A DNA stretch of 64,000 nucleotides. Source: Rhodospirillaceae bacterium. GTDB lineage: Bacteria > Pseudomonadota > Alphaproteobacteria > TMED109. Positions within the stretch are counted from its first letter, which is position 1. Each line of letters begins with the position of its first letter. The position numbers were made by a program, and so were the translations under genes. A model generated the notes under the pieces. The model saw only the letters and a list, made by a program, of their open reading frames with translations. It made no database searches and was not told where the DNA came from. Below, one piece after another: positions 1 to 12,329 of the stretch. The DNA lies in contig CACMQH010000001.1 in NCBI GenBank assembly GCA_902615805.1, positions 157,222 to 221,221 on the forward strand, read 5' to 3'.

Positions 1-102
1 CCCATCTACCATCAATGATCTAATGAACTTTGCTAATACCTTATCTCCATAGATTGGGTCAGGGATTATTTCTCTTATAGTTGACTTTCTTCTTCTTGAC
101 AA
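1..102 (-). CDS. rpsG: 30S ribosomal protein S7, N-terminal part (runs off the window edge)
   Basis: Manual translation from TTG at 102 gives [44 protein letters not shown] lies upstream and the gene directly follows rpsL. Confidence 0.93.
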   Translation of the reverse strand, partial: MSRRRKSTIREIIPDPIYGDKVLAKFIRSLMVDG

Positions 103-111
103 AATTCTCTC

Positions 112-483
112 CTATTTTGGCCTTTTTGCACCATATTTTGATCTTCTTTGTTTTCTATTACCTACTCCTTGGGTATCGAGAACACCTCTGACCACATGAT
201 ATCTAACACCTGGTAAATCTTTAACTCTACCACCTCTGATAATTACCACAGAATGCTCTTGCAAATTATGTCCTTCTCCAGGAATATAACTTGTAACCTC
301 AAAACCATTCGTAAGTCTTACCCTGGCCACTTTTCTTAGTGCTGAGTTTGGTTTTTTAGGTGTTGTAGTATAAACTCTAGTACACACGCCTCTTTTTTGG
401 GGACAGGCCTCTAACGCAGGCACTTTATTCCTTTTTAATTGGGCCTTTCTGCCTTTACGCACTAGTTGATTTACTGTTGGCAT
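112..483 (-). CDS. rpsL: 30S ribosomal protein S12
   Basis: MPTVNQLVR...[13 protein letters not shown]...[16 protein letters not shown] at 483 is preferred over the ORF-track start at 489. Confidence 0.99.
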   Translation of the reverse strand: MPTVNQLVRKGRKAQLKRNKVPALEACPQKRGVCTRVYTTTPKKPNSALRKVARVRLTNGFEVTSYIPGEGHNLQEHSVVIIRGGRVKDLPGVRYHVVRGVLDTQGVGNRKQRRSKYGAKRPK

Positions 484-525
484 TAACAAATTCCTTTATT
501 ACTTTTTAAATTACCAGAAAGACGC

Positions 526-573
526 ATATTATTGATAGATAGCACCACGGTCAAGTATAAAAAAAAAAAAAAA
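526..573 (-). promoter_or_regulatory. Putative sigma70 promoter of the rpsL (str) operon with an upstream T15 tract
   Basis: Minus strand reads TTGACC (554-549), 17 nt, TAATAT (531-526). A 15-nt homopolymer at 559-573 sits in the UP-element position. Confidence 0.65.
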
Positions 574-582
574 TTATTTACG

Positions 583-600
583 TGTTGTAATATTACAACA
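583..600 (-). terminator. 18-bp perfect palindrome after the rpoC stop, possible terminator
   Basis: TGTTGTAATATTACAACA is its own reverse complement and is flanked by A/T tracts. Confidence 0.5.
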
Positions 601-613
601 AAAAAAAGCTTTT

Positions 614-3600
614 CTAGTTAGCTTCTATTTGTTTAGCTTGTTCTGCTTTAATTTTTTCTTCATTTATAGTAGCTAGTTTCTTAAATTTTGACATTGATCT
701 ACCAGTTCCCGCTGGTATTAGTCTACCCACTATAACATTTTCCTTTAAGCCTATTAAGTCATCTTTTTTACCAGCAGTAGCAGCCTCCGTGAGCACTCTT
801 GTAGTCTCTTGAAATGACGCCGCAGATATAAATGATCTTGTTTGCAAGCTAGCCTTAGTTATTCCATTTAAAACAGGAACAAATGTGGCCACATTTTTTG
901 ATTTTTCTAAAACTTCACGATTAGCTATTTCAATATCTTCCCTATCTAATATTTCACCAGGCATTAGTTCAGTATCTCCACTCTCTAAAACTTCTACCTT
1001 TTGAAGCATTTGCCTAGATATTACTTCAATATGCTTATCATTGATTTTCACACCTTGTAATCTGTAAACATCCTGTATTTCATTAACTAGATAATTAGCT
1101 AACTCTTCTACCCCTAATACTCTAAGTATATCATGAGGAACAGGATTCCCATCCATCAATAAGTCTCCTTTATTAACTATATCTCCTTCTTGAACCATAA
1201 TATGCTTACCCTTAGGAATTAGGTATTCGACAATATTATTTTCATCCTCTAAATCAACAACTACAAGTTTTCTATTACTTCTAACGTCGTCCCCAAATTC
1301 TACTCTACCTCTCAAATCTGAAATAAAAGAATAATCTTTAGGCTTTCTTGCTTCAAAAAGCTCTGCTACTCTTGGCAAACCTCCGGTAATATCTTTTGAT
1401 TTTTGAGAGTCTAAAGGTATCCTTGCAAGTAAATCACCTGGATTAACTTTTACTTTCTTTTTTCCGCCTGAAACATATGAAACAGAAAGAACAGCATCAA
1501 CTGGCAGCTCATATATAGCCTTATTACCATTAGATAGTTTCACAAGCTTTTCATTTTCATCAACTATTTCAATGCGAGGTCGCATAGTTATATTCTTACT
1601 CTTTGAAGCAACACCTTTCCATTCTTTAATCAATTGACTAGTCATCCCAGTATCAGCAGAAGTAATTTCTTCAAGTGTCTCTTTATTAACATCAACAAAC
1701 TTAACGTATCCCTGTTTTTCAGTAATTATAGGCCTAGTATAAGGATCCCATTCAGCAAGTTTTTGTCCTCGTCTGACTGCACTTGCTTCTTTTACTAAAA
1801 TATTTGCCCCATAAGGCACCCTTTCTCTAAACCTTTCCCTATTATTGTCGTCTTTAATTACCAATCTACAGTCTCTGTCTAAAACTATACCCATACCTTT
1901 TTTATCAAAAATCACATTGCCGCCGTCTATAGTTAATTTTCCATCTATCGTAGCCTCTAATCTAGACTGTTCTGATCCAGCCTGAGCAGCACCACCAATA
2001 TGAAAAGTTCTCATAGTAAGTTGAGTTCCTGGCTCACCAATTGACTGAGCTGCAACTACACCCACAGCTTCTCCAATATTTACCTTAGTTCCCCTTGCTA
2101 AGTCCCTTCCATAACATATAGAACAAATCCCTATAGACAAATCACATGTAAGTGCACTTCTTACTTTTACGGAATCAATTTCTGCTTCTACTATTTTATT
2201 AGCTAATTCCTCATCTATGAAGTCTCTATTCTTAGCAATTACTTTATTATCTGAAGGACTTATTAGGTCATCTGCACAATATCTCCCTATTATTCTATCA
2301 TATAAGCTTTCTATAATTTCTCCAGCATCAATAATAGTTTTCTTTATAATACCTTTAGTGGTGCCACAATCTTCCTTAGTAATGATTAAGTCCTGGGCAA
2401 CATCAACTAATCTTCTGGTAAGATATCCTGAATTGGCAGTCTTCAATGCAGTATCTGCCAAACCTTTTCTGGCTCCGTGTGTAGAATTAAAATATTCTAA
2501 AACACTTAAACCTTCTTTGAAGTTGGATATAATTGGTGTTTCTATAATTTCTCCTGAAGGCTTAGCCATCAAACCTCTCATTCCTGCAAGCTGCTTCATT
2601 TGTGCAGCAGAACCTCTTGCCCCGGAGTCAGCCATCATAAAAACAGAATTCATATTTTGCCCTTTTCCAACAGACATTTCTGACATCATTTTATCAGCAA
2701 CGTTATCAGTACACGTAGACCATGAGTCAATAACTTTATTATATTTTTCACCATGAGTAATAAGACCATCAGAATACTGTTTTTCATACTGTTTTATTAA
2801 ATCTCTAGTTTTATCGACTAAGCCTTTTTTTGCCTCTGGAACAATCATATCATCTTTACCAAAAGAAATACCAGCCATACATGCGTGCTTGAAACCAAGC
2901 TCCATTAACCTATCTGCAAAAATCACTGTATCCTTCTGACCACAAAACCTGTATACAATATCTATCAAACCAGCTAATTCTTTTTTACTTAGAACCTTAT
3001 TAATTAAATCAAATGCTACATACTTATTTTTTGGAAGCACTTCAGAAATTAGAAGCCTACCGGCAGTTGTTTCAACTATTTTGGTTATATTATTACCCGT
3101 AGAATCTATAACTGAAATCCTGGCTTTAATTTTAGCGTGCATACTTAAACATTTAGCCTCTAGTGCATGCTTGACTTCAGGTATTCCTGAAAAAGTCATA
3201 CCTTCACCCAATTCATTGTCACTTTCTAAACTTAAAAAATACAACCCTAAAACTATATCTTGAGTAGGCACTATTATTGGCTTACCATTAGCAGGACTAA
3301 GAATATTATTTGTTGACATCATTAAAACTCTTGCTTCCAATTGAGCTTCAACTGATAAAGGAACATGAACTGCCATTTGATCACCGTCAAAATCAGCATT
3401 AAAAGCTGTACACACTAATGGATGTAACCTTATTGCTTTTCCTTCTATTAAGATTGGTTCAAAAGCTTGAATACCTAGTCTATGCAATGTGGGGGCCCTA
3501 TTTAATAAGATAGGGTGTTCTCTAATAACCTCATCCAAAATATCCCATACCTCAGGACGTTCTTTTTCAACCATTTTTTTCGCCGATTTAATTGTAGTAG

Positions 3601-4771
3601 CAAGCCCTCTAATCTCTAATTTTGAATAAATAAAAGGTTTAAATAATTCTAAAGCCATCTTTTTAGGAATTCCACATTGATGTAATTTTAATTCTGGACC
3701 TACAACTATCACTGATCTACCTGAATAATCACATCTCTTACCTAATAAATTTTGTCTAAACCTACCTTGTTTGCCTTTCAACATATCAGCAAGAGACTTT
3801 AAAGGCCTTTTATTAGAACCAGTTATTGGTCTGGCTCTTCTTGTATTATCAAAAAGTGCATCAACAGACTCTTGAAGCATTCTCATCTCATTTCTAACAA
3901 TTATGTCAGGAGCCTTGAGCTCGATTAATCTTCTTAATCTGTTATTTCTATTGATAACTCTCCTGTAAAGATCATTTAGATCTGAGGTAGCAAACCTTCC
4001 ACCATCTAATGGTACCAATGGCCTTAAATCTGGTGGAATAACAGGCAAAGATGTCAGTATCATCCATTCAGGTTTATTACCTGATGTCAAAAATTGCTCT
4101 ACCAGTTTTAACCTTCTAATTAATTTTTTTTTCTTTATGTCTGATTTAGTCTCAGAATATTCAACTTTTATATTTTCTTTTTCCTCAGTAAGGTCCATCG
4201 TTTCAAATATTTTTCTAATTGCGGCAGCACCTATACCGGCAGAAAAAGAGTCTGCAGAATTTTCATCTAAGGCTTTATTGTATTCTTCGTCTGATAATAT
4301 TTGTTTAAATTTTAAATTCGTTAAACCTGGCTCGATAACAATATAATTTTCAAAATAAAGAACTCGCTCCACATCTTTCATTGACATATCTAAAAGCATA
4401 CTAATCCTTGATGGCAATGACTTGAGAAACCAAATATGAGCAACGGGAGCTGCTAGCTCAATATGTCCCATCCTCTCCCTTCTCACTTTAGACTGAATTA
4501 CTTCCACTCCACATTTTTCACAAACTATTCCTCTGTGTTTCATCCTTTTATATTTTCCACAAAGGCACTCATAATCTTTTACAGGACCAAAGATTCTAGA
4601 GCAAAATAACCCATCTTTTTCAGGCTTGAAAGTTCGATAATTTATTGTTTCTGGTTTCTTTACTTCTCCAAAAGACCATGACCTAATTTTCTCAGGACTA
4701 GCAATAGATATTTTAATTAAATCAAATTCATTACTATTAGATAGTTCAAATTGTTTCAATGCTTTATTCAT
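614..4771 (-). CDS. rpoC: DNA-directed RNA polymerase subunit beta'
   Basis: NADFDGD catalytic motif, Zn-binding CLCGKYK...[17 protein letters not shown] trigger-loop motif. Confidence 0.99.
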   Translation of the reverse strand: MNKALKQFELSNSNEFDLIKISIASPEKIRSWSFGEVKKPETINYRTFKPEKDGLFCSRIFGPVKDYECLCGKYKRMKHRGIVCEKCGVEVIQSKVRRERMGHIELAAPVAHIWFLKSLPSRISMLLDMSMKDVERVLYFENYIVIEPGLTNLKFKQILSDEEYNKALDENSADSFSAGIGAAAIRKIFETMDLTEEKENIKVEYSETKSDIKKKKLIRRLKLVEQFLTSGNKPEWMILTSLPVIPPDLRPLVPLDGGRFATSDLNDLYRRVINRNNRLRRLIELKAPDIIVRNEMRMLQESVDALFDNTRRARPITGSNKRPLKSLADMLKGKQGRFRQNLLGKRCDYSGRSVIVVGPELKLHQCGIPKKMALELFKPFIYSKLEIRGLATTIKSAKKMVEKERPEVWDILDEVIREHPILLNRAPTLHRLGIQAFEPILIEGKAIRLHPLVCTAFNADFDGDQMAVHVPLSVEAQLEARVLMMSTNNILSPANGKPIIVPTQDIVLGLYFLSLESDNELGEGMTFSGIPEVKHALEAKCLSMHAKIKARISVIDSTGNNITKIVETTAGRLLISEVLPKNKYVAFDLINKVLSKKELAGLIDIVYRFCGQKDTVIFADRLMELGFKHACMAGISFGKDDMIVPEAKKGLVDKTRDLIKQYEKQYSDGLITHGEKYNKVIDSWSTCTDNVADKMMSEMSVGKGQNMNSVFMMADSGARGSAAQMKQLAGMRGLMAKPSGEIIETPIISNFKEGLSVLEYFNSTHGARKGLADTALKTANSGYLTRRLVDVAQDLIITKEDCGTTKGIIKKTIIDAGEIIESLYDRIIGRYCADDLISPSDNKVIAKNRDFIDEELANKIVEAEIDSVKVRSALTCDLSIGICSICYGRDLARGTKVNIGEAVGVVAAQSIGEPGTQLTMRTFHIGGAAQAGSEQSRLEATIDGKLTIDGGNVIFDKKGMGIVLDRDCRLVIKDDNNRERFRERVPYGANILVKEASAVRRGQKLAEWDPYTRPIITEKQGYVKFVDVNKETLEEITSADTGMTSQLIKEWKGVASKSKNITMRPRIEIVDENEKLVKLSNGNKAIYELPVDAVLSVSYVSGGKKKVKVNPGDLLARIPLDSQKSKDITGGLPRVAELFEARKPKDYSFISDLRGRVEFGDDVRSNRKLVVVDLEDENNIVEYLIPKGKHIMVQEGDIVNKGDLLMDGNPVPHDILRVLGVEELANYLVNEIQDVYRLQGVKINDKHIEVISRQMLQKVEVLESGDTELMPGEILDREDIEIANREVLEKSKNVATFVPVLNGITKASLQTRSFISAASFQETTRVLTEAATAGKKDDLIGLKENVIVGRLIPAGTGRSMSKFKKLATINEEKIKAEQAKQIEAN

Positions 4772-7700
4772 TAATTCTCCTGACTATTATTCTTAATTTT
4801 TTGTGAACTGTTATCATTAGACAAAGAGACGTCCAAACATAAAGATTGCATTTCTTTTACTAAAACATTAAATGATTCTGGGACTCCTGCCTCGAAGTTA
4901 GTTTCACCTCTTACAATTGACTCATAGACTTTACTTCTTCCAGCAACATCATCAGACTTTACAGTTAACATTTCTTGTAGTGTATAAGAAGCACCGTATG
5001 CTTGCAATGCCCATACTTCCATTTCTCCAAACCTTTGACCTCCAAATTGAGCCTTTCCTCCTAATGGTTGCTGCGTAACTAAGCTGTAAGGTCCTATCGA
5101 TCTTGAATGAATTTTATCATCAACTAAATGGTGTAATTTCAACATATAAATATAGCCTACTGTAACTTTTCTATCAAACATTTCCCCGGTTCTACCATCT
5201 ATCAATCTTACTTGACCTGATTCGTCTAATCCGCATAGCTTAAGTAACTTTACTATGTCATCATTTTTTGCACCATCAAACACGGGAGTTGCCATATTTA
5301 AACCTGACTTTATATCCCTTAAAAGCTCAAGGACCTCTTCGTCTTTTAAGTTATTTATTCTTTCATCATAATATTTAGATTTAAAAAAAGACTTAAGGGT
5401 CTTCTTGCACTCATTACTTTTAACCTTTAATTCAGTTTTGGTATTATTAATAATATTTTTGATTTTCTTTCCTAACCCAGCTGATGCCCAACCTAGGTGA
5501 GTTTCTAAAATTTGACCAACATTCATTCTTGAAGGCACGCCTAGTGGATTTAAAACTATATCTACGGGCACACCATCTTCAGTATGGGGCATATCTTCAA
5601 TAGGCGCAATTTTAGAAATAACACCTTTATTGCCATGCCTTCCAGCCATCTTGTCTCCTGGTTGAAGCTTTCTCTTTACAGCCACAAAAACTTTAACCAT
5701 TTTCAAAACACCTGGTAATAAATCATCACCTGATTGAACCTTATCAACTTTTTCAGAAAACATTAAGGAAATTTCTTTCATTTCAGCATCATACTCATTC
5801 TTTAAGTTTTCTATACTTGACATAGTTTTTTGATTTTTTGTAGTAATTTTCCAGAGATCTTTTTTTTCTATTTCACCAAATATTTTTTCCGAAATTATCT
5901 GTCCTTCTTTAAGACCTTTTTGGCTTTTCAATGATTGTTTTCCTACCAATAAGCCTTTTAATCTTTGATGAATATTGGCTTCAATTATTCTAATCTGATC
6001 ATCTCTATCCTTAGCTAACCTCTCTATTTCCTCTTTTTCTATAGCTAAGGCTCTTTCATCTTTATCAACTCCTCTTCTGTTGAAAACTCTAACTTCTACA
6101 ACAGTTCCAGTTACTCCTGCTGGTAGCTTTAATGATGTGTCTCTAACGTCTGATGCCTTTTCTCCAAAAATGGCCCTTAATAACTTTTCCTCTGGAGTCA
6201 TAGGAGTCTCGCCTTTAGGTGTTACTTTTCCTACTAAAATATCATTTGGCTTAACTTCTGCTCCAATATAAACTATACCTGTTTCATCAAGGTTTTTGAG
6301 AGACTCTTCTCCTACATTAGGAATGTCTCTTGTTATTTCTTCAGGCCCTAATTTAGTATCTCTGGCCATTAATTCAAATTCCTCTATATGAATTGAAGTA
6401 AATACATCATCTCTAACTATTCTCTCAGAAATTAAAATAGAATCTTCATAATTATAACCATTCCAGGGCATAAACGCCACTAATACATTTTTTCCTAATG
6501 CTAACTCTCCCTTATCAGTTGCTGGACCGTCTGCTATTACATCACCTTGCTCAACTCTATCTCCTACTTTTACCAAAGGCCTTTGATTAATAGCTGTGTT
6601 TTGATTAGATCTTTGGAATTTTAAAAGATTATAAACATCTACCCCCAGGGTTATGTCAAATTTTTCTTCATCGGTGTGTCTTATAACAATTCTTTTTGCA
6701 TCTACTTGTTCTACGAAGCCTCCTCTTTTTGCTACCACTGCAGCGGAAGAGTCTTTAGCAACCACTGCTTCCATCCCTGTTCCTACAATAGGGGACTCAT
6801 TGATAACCAAAGGCACAGCCTGCCTCATCATATTTGAACCCATTAGGGCTCTGTTAGCATCATCATTTTCTAAAAATGGAATTAATGAAGCAGCTACAGA
6901 GACTAATTGTTTAGGAGAAACATCCATATAATCTATCTTGTCAGGTGTAGACATAATAAAATCTCCATCTTTTCTACAAGAAACAAGATCCCTAACAAAC
7001 TGATTTGACTTAGTTAAAGGTGCGTTTGCCTGAGCTATACAGAATTTATCTTCGTCTATTGCTGATAAATATTCCACTTCACTAGTAACTTTTCCATTAA
7101 TTACTTTTCTATAAGGGCTTTCTATAAAGCCGTATCTATTTATTTTTGAGTAAGTTGCCAAGCTATTTATCAAACCAATGTTTGGTCCTTCAGGAGTTTC
7201 AATAGGACAAATTCTTCCATAATGAGTGGGATGAACATCCCTCACTTCAAAGCCAGCTCTTTCTCTTGTTAGTCCTCCAGGCCCTAACGCCGAAAGACGT
7301 CTTTTGTGTGTAATCTCAGAAAGAGGGTTAGTCTGATCCATAAATTGGCTTAACTGTGAGCTACCAAAAAACTCTCTTAAAACTGATGTTAAAGGTTTAG
7401 CATTTACTAACTCTTTTGGTACCAATTTTTCTTCTGTTACAGAACCCATTCTTTCTTTAATTGACCTTTCCATTCTAATAAGACCCATTCTGAATTGATT
7501 TTCAACCAGCTCTCCAACTGATCTTACCCTTCTGTTGCCAAGATGGTCTATATCATCACACTGCCCTATTCCATCTTTTAGGTTAATTACTATTTTTATA
7601 ACTTGCAATATGTCACTCTTCTGTAATTCACCAAATTCTTCTGGTATTGAAGAGCCTAATCTTGCATTTAGTTTAACCCTGCCAACCGCTGATAGGTCAT

Positions 7701-9093
7701 ACTTTTCTGATTCTAGCTTTAGAATATCCTCATTTTTCACCCATAGGTTATGACCAAATTCCTTTCTTGCCAAAGTACCAATGGTAACAAGACTCCATTC
7801 TTTTTCTTTTTCTAAAATCCATACACCCTCTTGTTCAATGGCTTCCTTATTCAATGAAAGCTTACTTTTATCATCTTCCTTAGGGTTCTTGTAAAAATTT
7901 GTTATATTATTTTTTCCTTCTACTCTTGAGAAAAATAAATCAAAAAAAAGCTTTTCAGAGCTTTCCTCAGTAGGAGGTTCTCCAGGTCTCATAATTTTAT
8001 AAATGGCTGCTAGGGAATCGGCTCTCGAAACATCATTTTCTACTTGCAAAGTATTTCTGACATAAGGACCAATTTTATCGTTAATAATTATAGTATCAAA
8101 TTTGTTAATATTTGATTTGATTAAGCTTTCAATTTTAGCTTCATTAATTTCTTCTCCTGCTTCTGCAAATATTTCACCAGTTTCTTCGTTAAAAATGTCC
8201 TTAGCAAAAAACTTACCGTATATTTCATCGAATGGAACTAAGATTCTAGCTAATCCGCTTTCAACAAAACTTCTATTGTGACGGTTGGTTAATCTTTCTC
8301 CTTTTTCCAGTAATAGTTTTTTTGAAGACGCATCAATTAAATCAAAGCTAAGCTCTCCTTTTAAATCTTCAAAATTATAAGGTATGCTAACATGAGTATT
8401 ATTTTCTATATTAACTTCATTATGATTATAAAAATAATTTAATATTTCTTCATTATCCATACCCAGAGATTTGAGCAAAAATACAAGGGATAATTTTTTT
8501 CTTCTATCAACTCTTAAGAATAATAAATCCTTAGCATCAAACTCTATATCAAGCCATGATCCTCTGTACGGGATTACTCTAGCAGAATAATTAGCGTCAA
8601 AGAAAACTCCTGGAGATCTGTGCATCTGACTAACTATTACTCTTTCAGTTCCATTGATAACAAATGTTGCCTTATCTGTCATCAATGGTATATCTCCTAA
8701 ATACACCTCCTCTTCTCTAGCGTCTTGACCTATTTTATCACCTGTATCTTCATCAATATTTGTTATATCCAATCTAAATATTACTTTAAGAGCAGCAGAA
8801 TAAGATAGCCCACGCTGCCTACACTCTATTACATCATATTTAGGCCTATCTAATTTATAAGAAATGTATTTTAAACTCATACGTCCTGCATAATCCTTTA
8901 CAGGAAAAATGCTTTTTAAAGCCTCGTCGATACCAATTTCATTTTTTTTATTTACATCTATTTTTGAATCAAGAAATTGTTGATATGAAGATCTTTGAAT
9001 TGCTATTAAATTAGGCATGTTAACAGTATCTGATAACACCCCAAATGTGTGGCGTAAACTTCTTCTATTGGTCAGGGATAAACTACTAGACAT
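4771..9093 (-). CDS. rpoB: DNA-directed RNA polymerase subunit beta, with an unusual ~72-aa insertion
   Basis: [48 protein letters not shown] at 9093 is preceded by AGGAG. Confidence 0.99.
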   Translation of the reverse strand: MSSSLSLTNRRSLRHTFGVLSDTVNMPNLIAIQRSSYQQFLDSKIDVNKKNEIGIDEALKSIFPVKDYAGRMSLKYISYKLDRPKYDVIECRQRGLSYSAALKVIFRLDITNIDEDTGDKIGQDAREEEVYLGDIPLMTDKATFVINGTERVIVSQMHRSPGVFFDANYSARVIPYRGSWLDIEFDAKDLLFLRVDRRKKLSLVFLLKSLGMDNEEILNYFYNHNEVNIENNTHVSIPYNFEDLKGELSFDLIDASSKKLLLEKGERLTNRHNRSFVESGLARILVPFDEIYGKFFAKDIFNEETGEIFAEAGEEINEAKIESLIKSNINKFDTIIINDKIGPYVRNTLQVENDVSRADSLAAIYKIMRPGEPPTEESSEKLFFDLFFSRVEGKNNITNFYKNPKEDDKSKLSLNKEAIEQEGVWILEKEKEWSLVTIGTLARKEFGHNLWVKNEDILKLESEKYDLSAVGRVKLNARLGSSIPEEFGELQKSDILQVIKIVINLKDGIGQCDDIDHLGNRRVRSVGELVENQFRMGLIRMERSIKERMGSVTEEKLVPKELVNAKPLTSVLREFFGSSQLSQFMDQTNPLSEITHKRRLSALGPGGLTRERAGFEVRDVHPTHYGRICPIETPEGPNIGLINSLATYSKINRYGFIESPYRKVINGKVTSEVEYLSAIDEDKFCIAQANAPLTKSNQFVRDLVSCRKDGDFIMSTPDKIDYMDVSPKQLVSVAASLIPFLENDDANRALMGSNMMRQAVPLVINESPIVGTGMEAVVAKDSSAAVVAKRGGFVEQVDAKRIVIRHTDEEKFDITLGVDVYNLLKFQRSNQNTAINQRPLVKVGDRVEQGDVIADGPATDKGELALGKNVLVAFMPWNGYNYEDSILISERIVRDDVFTSIHIEEFELMARDTKLGPEEITRDIPNVGEESLKNLDETGIVYIGAEVKPNDILVGKVTPKGETPMTPEEKLLRAIFGEKASDVRDTSLKLPAGVTGTVVEVRVFNRRGVDKDERALAIEKEEIERLAKDRDDQIRIIEANIHQRLKGLLVGKQSLKSQKGLKEGQIISEKIFGEIEKKDLWKITTKNQKTMSSIENLKNEYDAEMKEISLMFSEKVDKVQSGDDLLPGVLKMVKVFVAVKRKLQPGDKMAGRHGNKGVISKIAPIEDMPHTEDGVPVDIVLNPLGVPSRMNVGQILETHLGWASAGLGKKIKNIINNTKTELKVKSNECKKTLKSFFKSKYYDERINNLKDEEVLELLRDIKSGLNMATPVFDGAKNDDIVKLLKLCGLDESGQVRLIDGRTGEMFDRKVTVGYIYMLKLHHLVDDKIHSRSIGPYSLVTQQPLGGKAQFGGQRFGEMEVWALQAYGASYTLQEMLTVKSDDVAGRSKVYESIVRGETNFEAGVPESFNVLVKEMQSLCLDVSLSNDNSSQKIKNNSQEN

Positions 9094-9170
9094 AATACTC
9101 CTAAGTAAAAGCTTCAAGGAGAAGCAAAATTATTTAAATATTAATAAAACTCGACATGAATAGATCATCA

Positions 9171-9200
9171 TACACTTCAAATTTTAAGTTGTGAAGTGTA
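9171..9200 (-). terminator. Hairpin in the rplL-rpoB spacer (terminator/attenuator-like)
   Basis: TACACTTCA (9171-9179) and TGAAGTGTA (9192-9200) form an inverted repeat just downstream of the rplL stop. Confidence 0.55.
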
Positions 9201-9207
9201 AAATTAA

Positions 9208-9585
9208 TTATTTAAGATCTATTTTTGCGCCAGCTTCTTCGAATTTTTTCTTCATTTCTTCAGCTTCCGCCTTTGCTACGCCCTCTTTTATAGGCTTAGG
9301 TGCAGCTTCTACTAAATCCTTCGCTTCTTTAAGTCCTAATCCTGTAGCTGCTCTAACTTCTTTGATAATATTTATTTTTTTATCTCCGACATCAGTTAAA
9401 ATAACATCAAAAGCGTCTTTCGCGGCACCTTGATCAGCAGAAGCAGCTTCTCCTCCTGCGGCAGCAACAGCTACTGGAGCAGCAGCAGATACCCCCCATT
9501 TTTCTTGAAGTAGCTTAGATAGTTCAGCTGCCTCCATTACAGATAATTTAGATAGCTCGTCTACTATTTTATTTAAATCACTCAT
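9208..9585 (-). CDS. rplL: 50S ribosomal protein L7/L12
   Basis: [15 protein letters not shown] hinge and [16 protein letters not shown]. Confidence 0.99.
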   Translation of the reverse strand: MSDLNKIVDELSKLSVMEAAELSKLLQEKWGVSAAAPVAVAAAGGEAASADQGAAKDAFDVILTDVGDKKINIIKEVRAATGLGLKEAKDLVEAAPKPIKEGVAKAEAEEMKKKFEEAGAKIDLK

Positions 9586-9604
9586 TATTTTCCTTTCTAA
9601 TATA

Positions 9605-10117
9605 TTATTTTTTCTTTTTTGAATAATTTTCTATTACACCTGCAGTTTCCGTAGCAGGAGCATTTAAAACATTAATAAGTTGCTGATGAGGTCCCGTAAT
9701 ATAACCTACAATTTTTGCTCGCAATTCTTCCAATGACGGCAATTTAGCTAATTGTTCAAACTCTTCAAATCCTATTTTTTTCTTATCTAGGCTTCCAGTT
9801 ATAAACTTTAGTTTTTCATTTTTATCGCTAAAATTTTTTATTACTTTAATGCCTGCTAATGCATCTTCTGAAAAAACGAGTGCCGTTGGCCCGGTAAAAA
9901 AATCATTTAAACTTTCATAATCAGTACTTTTAACAGCTAACTTAGCTAAACTATTTTTAGCCACGCAAAATCTAGCACCTATTTCTCTTACCTGGTTCCT
10001 TAGATCAGTTAGCTCTGAACTATTCAATCCCAAATAGTGAGTCACTATTACACCTGATGAGTTTTCAAAAGACTCTTTTAGATCTTTAACAATGATTTTT
10101 TTACTTTGTTTATCCAT
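9605..10117 (-). CDS. rplJ: 50S ribosomal protein L10
   Basis: [30 protein letters not shown]; synteny. Confidence 0.98.
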   Translation of the reverse strand: MDKQSKKIIVKDLKESFENSSGVIVTHYLGLNSSELTDLRNQVREIGARFCVAKNSLAKLAVKSTDYESLNDFFTGPTALVFSEDALAGIKVIKNFSDKNEKLKFITGSLDKKKIGFEEFEQLAKLPSLEELRAKIVGYITGPHQQLINVLNAPATETAGVIENYSKKKK

Positions 10118-10152
10118 AACTAATTAACAATAATTACAGACTAAAGTATTAC

Positions 10153-10195
10153 TACTATCTATACAGGGTTTATAATACCTATAGTCTTTGACAGA
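10153..10195 (-). promoter_or_regulatory. L10 leader (L10/L12 autoregulatory RNA)
   Basis: Minus strand CUGUCAAAGAC-UAUAGG-UAUUAUAAAC-CCUGUA-UAGAUAG matches the AAGAC/helix/UAGA kink-turn pattern found upstream of rplJ. Confidence 0.7.
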
Positions 10196-10239
10196 AATTT
10201 TAAAATAATACCTTAATAATTAAAGTCAAGTGATATTTA

Positions 10240-10926
10240 TTATATTTTATTCAAAAGCTTCAAAGATGGTCCCATAGTAGACGAAATGTATATATCTTTA
10301 AGATAATTCCCCTTTGCCCCACTGGGTTTTGCTTTCATTATCGCATCTACGAAATTATCAATATTTTTTTCTAGCTTATCTTCAGCGAAACTGACTTTGC
10401 CCAAACCAGCATGAACTGTGCCAGCCTTATCTGCTTTAAATTCAATCAAACCATCTTTTATATCTTCAATGGTTTTCTTCAATTCTGTTGTAACTGTTCC
10501 TAATTTAGGGTTAGGCATTAAGCCTTTTGGTCCCAAAACTTTTCCTAACTTGCCTACCACAGCCATCATATCTGGTGTTGCTAAAACCCTATCAACCTTA
10601 ATTTCACTTTTTTCTAATTGTTTAGCTAAATCCTCTGATCCTACAAAATCTGCTCCTGCATCCTTAGCTTCTTTGACTTTTTCATCTTTTGCGAAAACTG
10701 CAATTTTTACTTCTTTACCAGTACCGTGAGGTAACTTAACAACTCCTTTAACAATTTGATCTGCATGTTTTGGGTCAACACCTAAATTTATTGCTATATC
10801 TATGGTTTCATCAAACTTTAATTTTTTACTTTTTTTAATTAAAGAAATAGCCTCTTTAACACTATAAGATTTACTAACTTCAATTAAATTCTTGAAATTT
10901 TTATACCTTTTACTTCTAGCCCCCAT
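10240..10926 (-). CDS. rplA: 50S ribosomal protein L1
   Basis: KFDETID, LGPKGLMPNPKLGTV, SSTMGPS. Confidence 0.99.
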   Translation of the reverse strand: MGARSKRYKNFKNLIEVSKSYSVKEAISLIKKSKKLKFDETIDIAINLGVDPKHADQIVKGVVKLPHGTGKEVKIAVFAKDEKVKEAKDAGADFVGSEDLAKQLEKSEIKVDRVLATPDMMAVVGKLGKVLGPKGLMPNPKLGTVTTELKKTIEDIKDGLIEFKADKAGTVHAGLGKVSFAEDKLEKNIDNFVDAIMKAKPSGAKGNYLKDIYISSTMGPSLKLLNKI

Positions 10927-10927
10927 A

Positions 10928-11356
10928 CTATTTAACCTCTACTCCCATAGACCTAGCAGTACCTGCAATTATTTTGGAAGCAGCCTCAGGATCAGAAGTA
11001 TTTAAATCAGGCATTTTTTCCTGAGCTATTTTTAGAAGCTGTTCTTTAGATATCGATGCTACCGGATCTGCAATCCCTGTTTGTCCAGAACCTTTTTTGA
11101 TATTAACTTCTTTTTTTATGTAAAAGCTCGCTGGTGGTTTTTTTACTATAAATTCAAAAGATTTATCTTGAAAAACTGTAATCACTACTGGACAGGGCAT
11201 ACCTTTTTCTAGTTTTTCAGTTTGCGCATTAAACGCTTTACAAAAATCCATAATATTAAGCCCTGCTTGACCCAATGCTGGTCCAATAGGTGGAGACGGA
11301 CTAGCCGATCCAGCTGGGACTTGTAGCTTTACATAACCTGTTATTTTTTTTGCCAT
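10928..11356 (-). CDS. rplK: 50S ribosomal protein L11
   Basis: [32 protein letters not shown]. Confidence 0.99.
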   Translation of the reverse strand: MAKKITGYVKLQVPAGSASPSPPIGPALGQAGLNIMDFCKAFNAQTEKLEKGMPCPVVITVFQDKSFEFIVKKPPASFYIKKEVNIKKGSGQTGIADPVASISKEQLLKIAQEKMPDLNTSDPEAASKIIAGTARSMGVEVK

Positions 11357-11399
11357 ATATTTAATTAGCCTCTGGGTATATAACGTAATTTAAAATTAA

Positions 11400-11948
11400 T
11401 CAAGATTTTTCTACTTGAGTATATTCTAGTTCAACTGGAGTAGCTCTACCAAATATTGAAACAGCTACCTTAAGTCTTGATCTGTCTACATCAACTTCCT
11501 CTACTACTCCATTAAAAGATGCAAAAGGACCATCAGCAACTTTGACTGTTTCTCCCACTTCAAATGAAATTGTAGAAACTACACTTTCTACTCCTTCTTT
11601 TACTTGTCCTAATATTCTCTCAGCTTCTTCATCTCTCAAAGGGACAGGCTTATTAGCAGCCCCTAAAAAACCGCTTACTTTAGAAGTTTTTTTAACTAAG
11701 TGCCATGCATCATCATTCATAATCATTTTAATTAATATATATCCTGGATAAAATTTTTTCTCTCCTTCAACTTTTTTACCTTTTTTAATTTCCAAAGTTT
11801 TTTGAGTAGGCACCAAAAAATCCTCAAAATAATTTGATAAGTTTTTTTTTTTAATTTCTTCCTTGATATTATTAATTACTTTTGCTTCGAATCCAGAATG
11901 AGTATGGATAATATACCACTTGTATGATTCAATGTTTTGCTGTTCCAT
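11400..11948 (-). CDS. nusG: Transcription termination/antitermination factor NusG
   Basis: WYIIHTHSGFE, FYPGYIL, KOW motif DGPFASFNGVVEEV, SIFGRATPVEL. Confidence 0.99.
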   Translation of the reverse strand: MEQQNIESYKWYIIHTHSGFEAKVINNIKEEIKKKNLSNYFEDFLVPTQKTLEIKKGKKVEGEKKFYPGYILIKMIMNDDAWHLVKKTSKVSGFLGAANKPVPLRDEEAERILGQVKEGVESVVSTISFEVGETVKVADGPFASFNGVVEEVDVDRSRLKVAVSIFGRATPVELEYTQVEKS

Positions 11949-11949
11949 C

Positions 11950-12141
11950 TTATAAACCTAAAATTAACCGTATGAACCAAGATATGATATTATCAACCAG
12001 TAAAAAAAATAAAGAGAATATTAGCACCATAACAAATACCATAGCAGTAGTGATGAGGGTTTCTTTTCTAGTAGGCCATACAATTTTTTGGCCCTCTTGT
12101 TTTACCTCTTTAAAAAACTTGCTTGGATTAAATTCTTTCAT
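11950..12141 (-). CDS. secE: Preprotein translocase subunit SecE
   Basis: EVKQEGQKIVWPTRKET followed by one TM helix. ATG at 12141 is preferred. Confidence 0.96.
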   Translation of the reverse strand: MKEFNPSKFFKEVKQEGQKIVWPTRKETLITTAMVFVMVLIFSLFFLLVDNIISWFIRLILGL

Positions 12142-12245
12142 AATAGTAGAGACATTATGATAAAAAGTAGCATTAGTCAATTATGAAGTCTATTCATATT
12201 ATACAAAAAAAACTAATTGTAATTAATACCCAAAAGTAGCCCTTA

Positions 12246-12321
12246 TGGCAGGAGTGGAGGGACTCGAACCCACAGCCCCCGGTTTTGGAGACCGGTGCTC
12301 TACCAATTGAGCTACACTCCT
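12246..12321 (-). tRNA. tRNA-Trp(CCA)
   Basis: AGGAGTGTAGCTCAATTGGTAGAGCACCGGTCTCCAAAACCGG...TTCGAGTCCCTCCACTCCTGCCA, 76 nt, intact cloverleaf. Confidence 0.98.
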
Positions 12322-12329
12322 AATATATA

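Noticed and set aside
1440-1490. Short insertion in RpoC (SYVSGGKKK) within the beta' i6 region
   Set aside because: It is only a few residues in a variable surface loop, which is ordinary lineage variation.
7290-7370. Rifampicin-resistance substitutions in RpoB (and streptomycin-resistance changes in RpsL)
   Set aside because: The RRDR ([26 protein letters not shown]) and the S12 PKKPNSA motif match the usual wild-type pattern.
7711-7929. RpoB insertion as an intein or mobile intron
   Set aside because: It is only 73 aa, has no C-terminal His-Asn or intein blocks, keeps the reading frame open, and shows no flanking repeats.
2217-11751. Plus-strand ORFs antisense to rpoC, rpoB, rplL, rplA and nusG (and similar short antisense ORFs inside the island)
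   Set aside because: These are shadow ORFs of conserved genes with no recognisable motifs or RBS.
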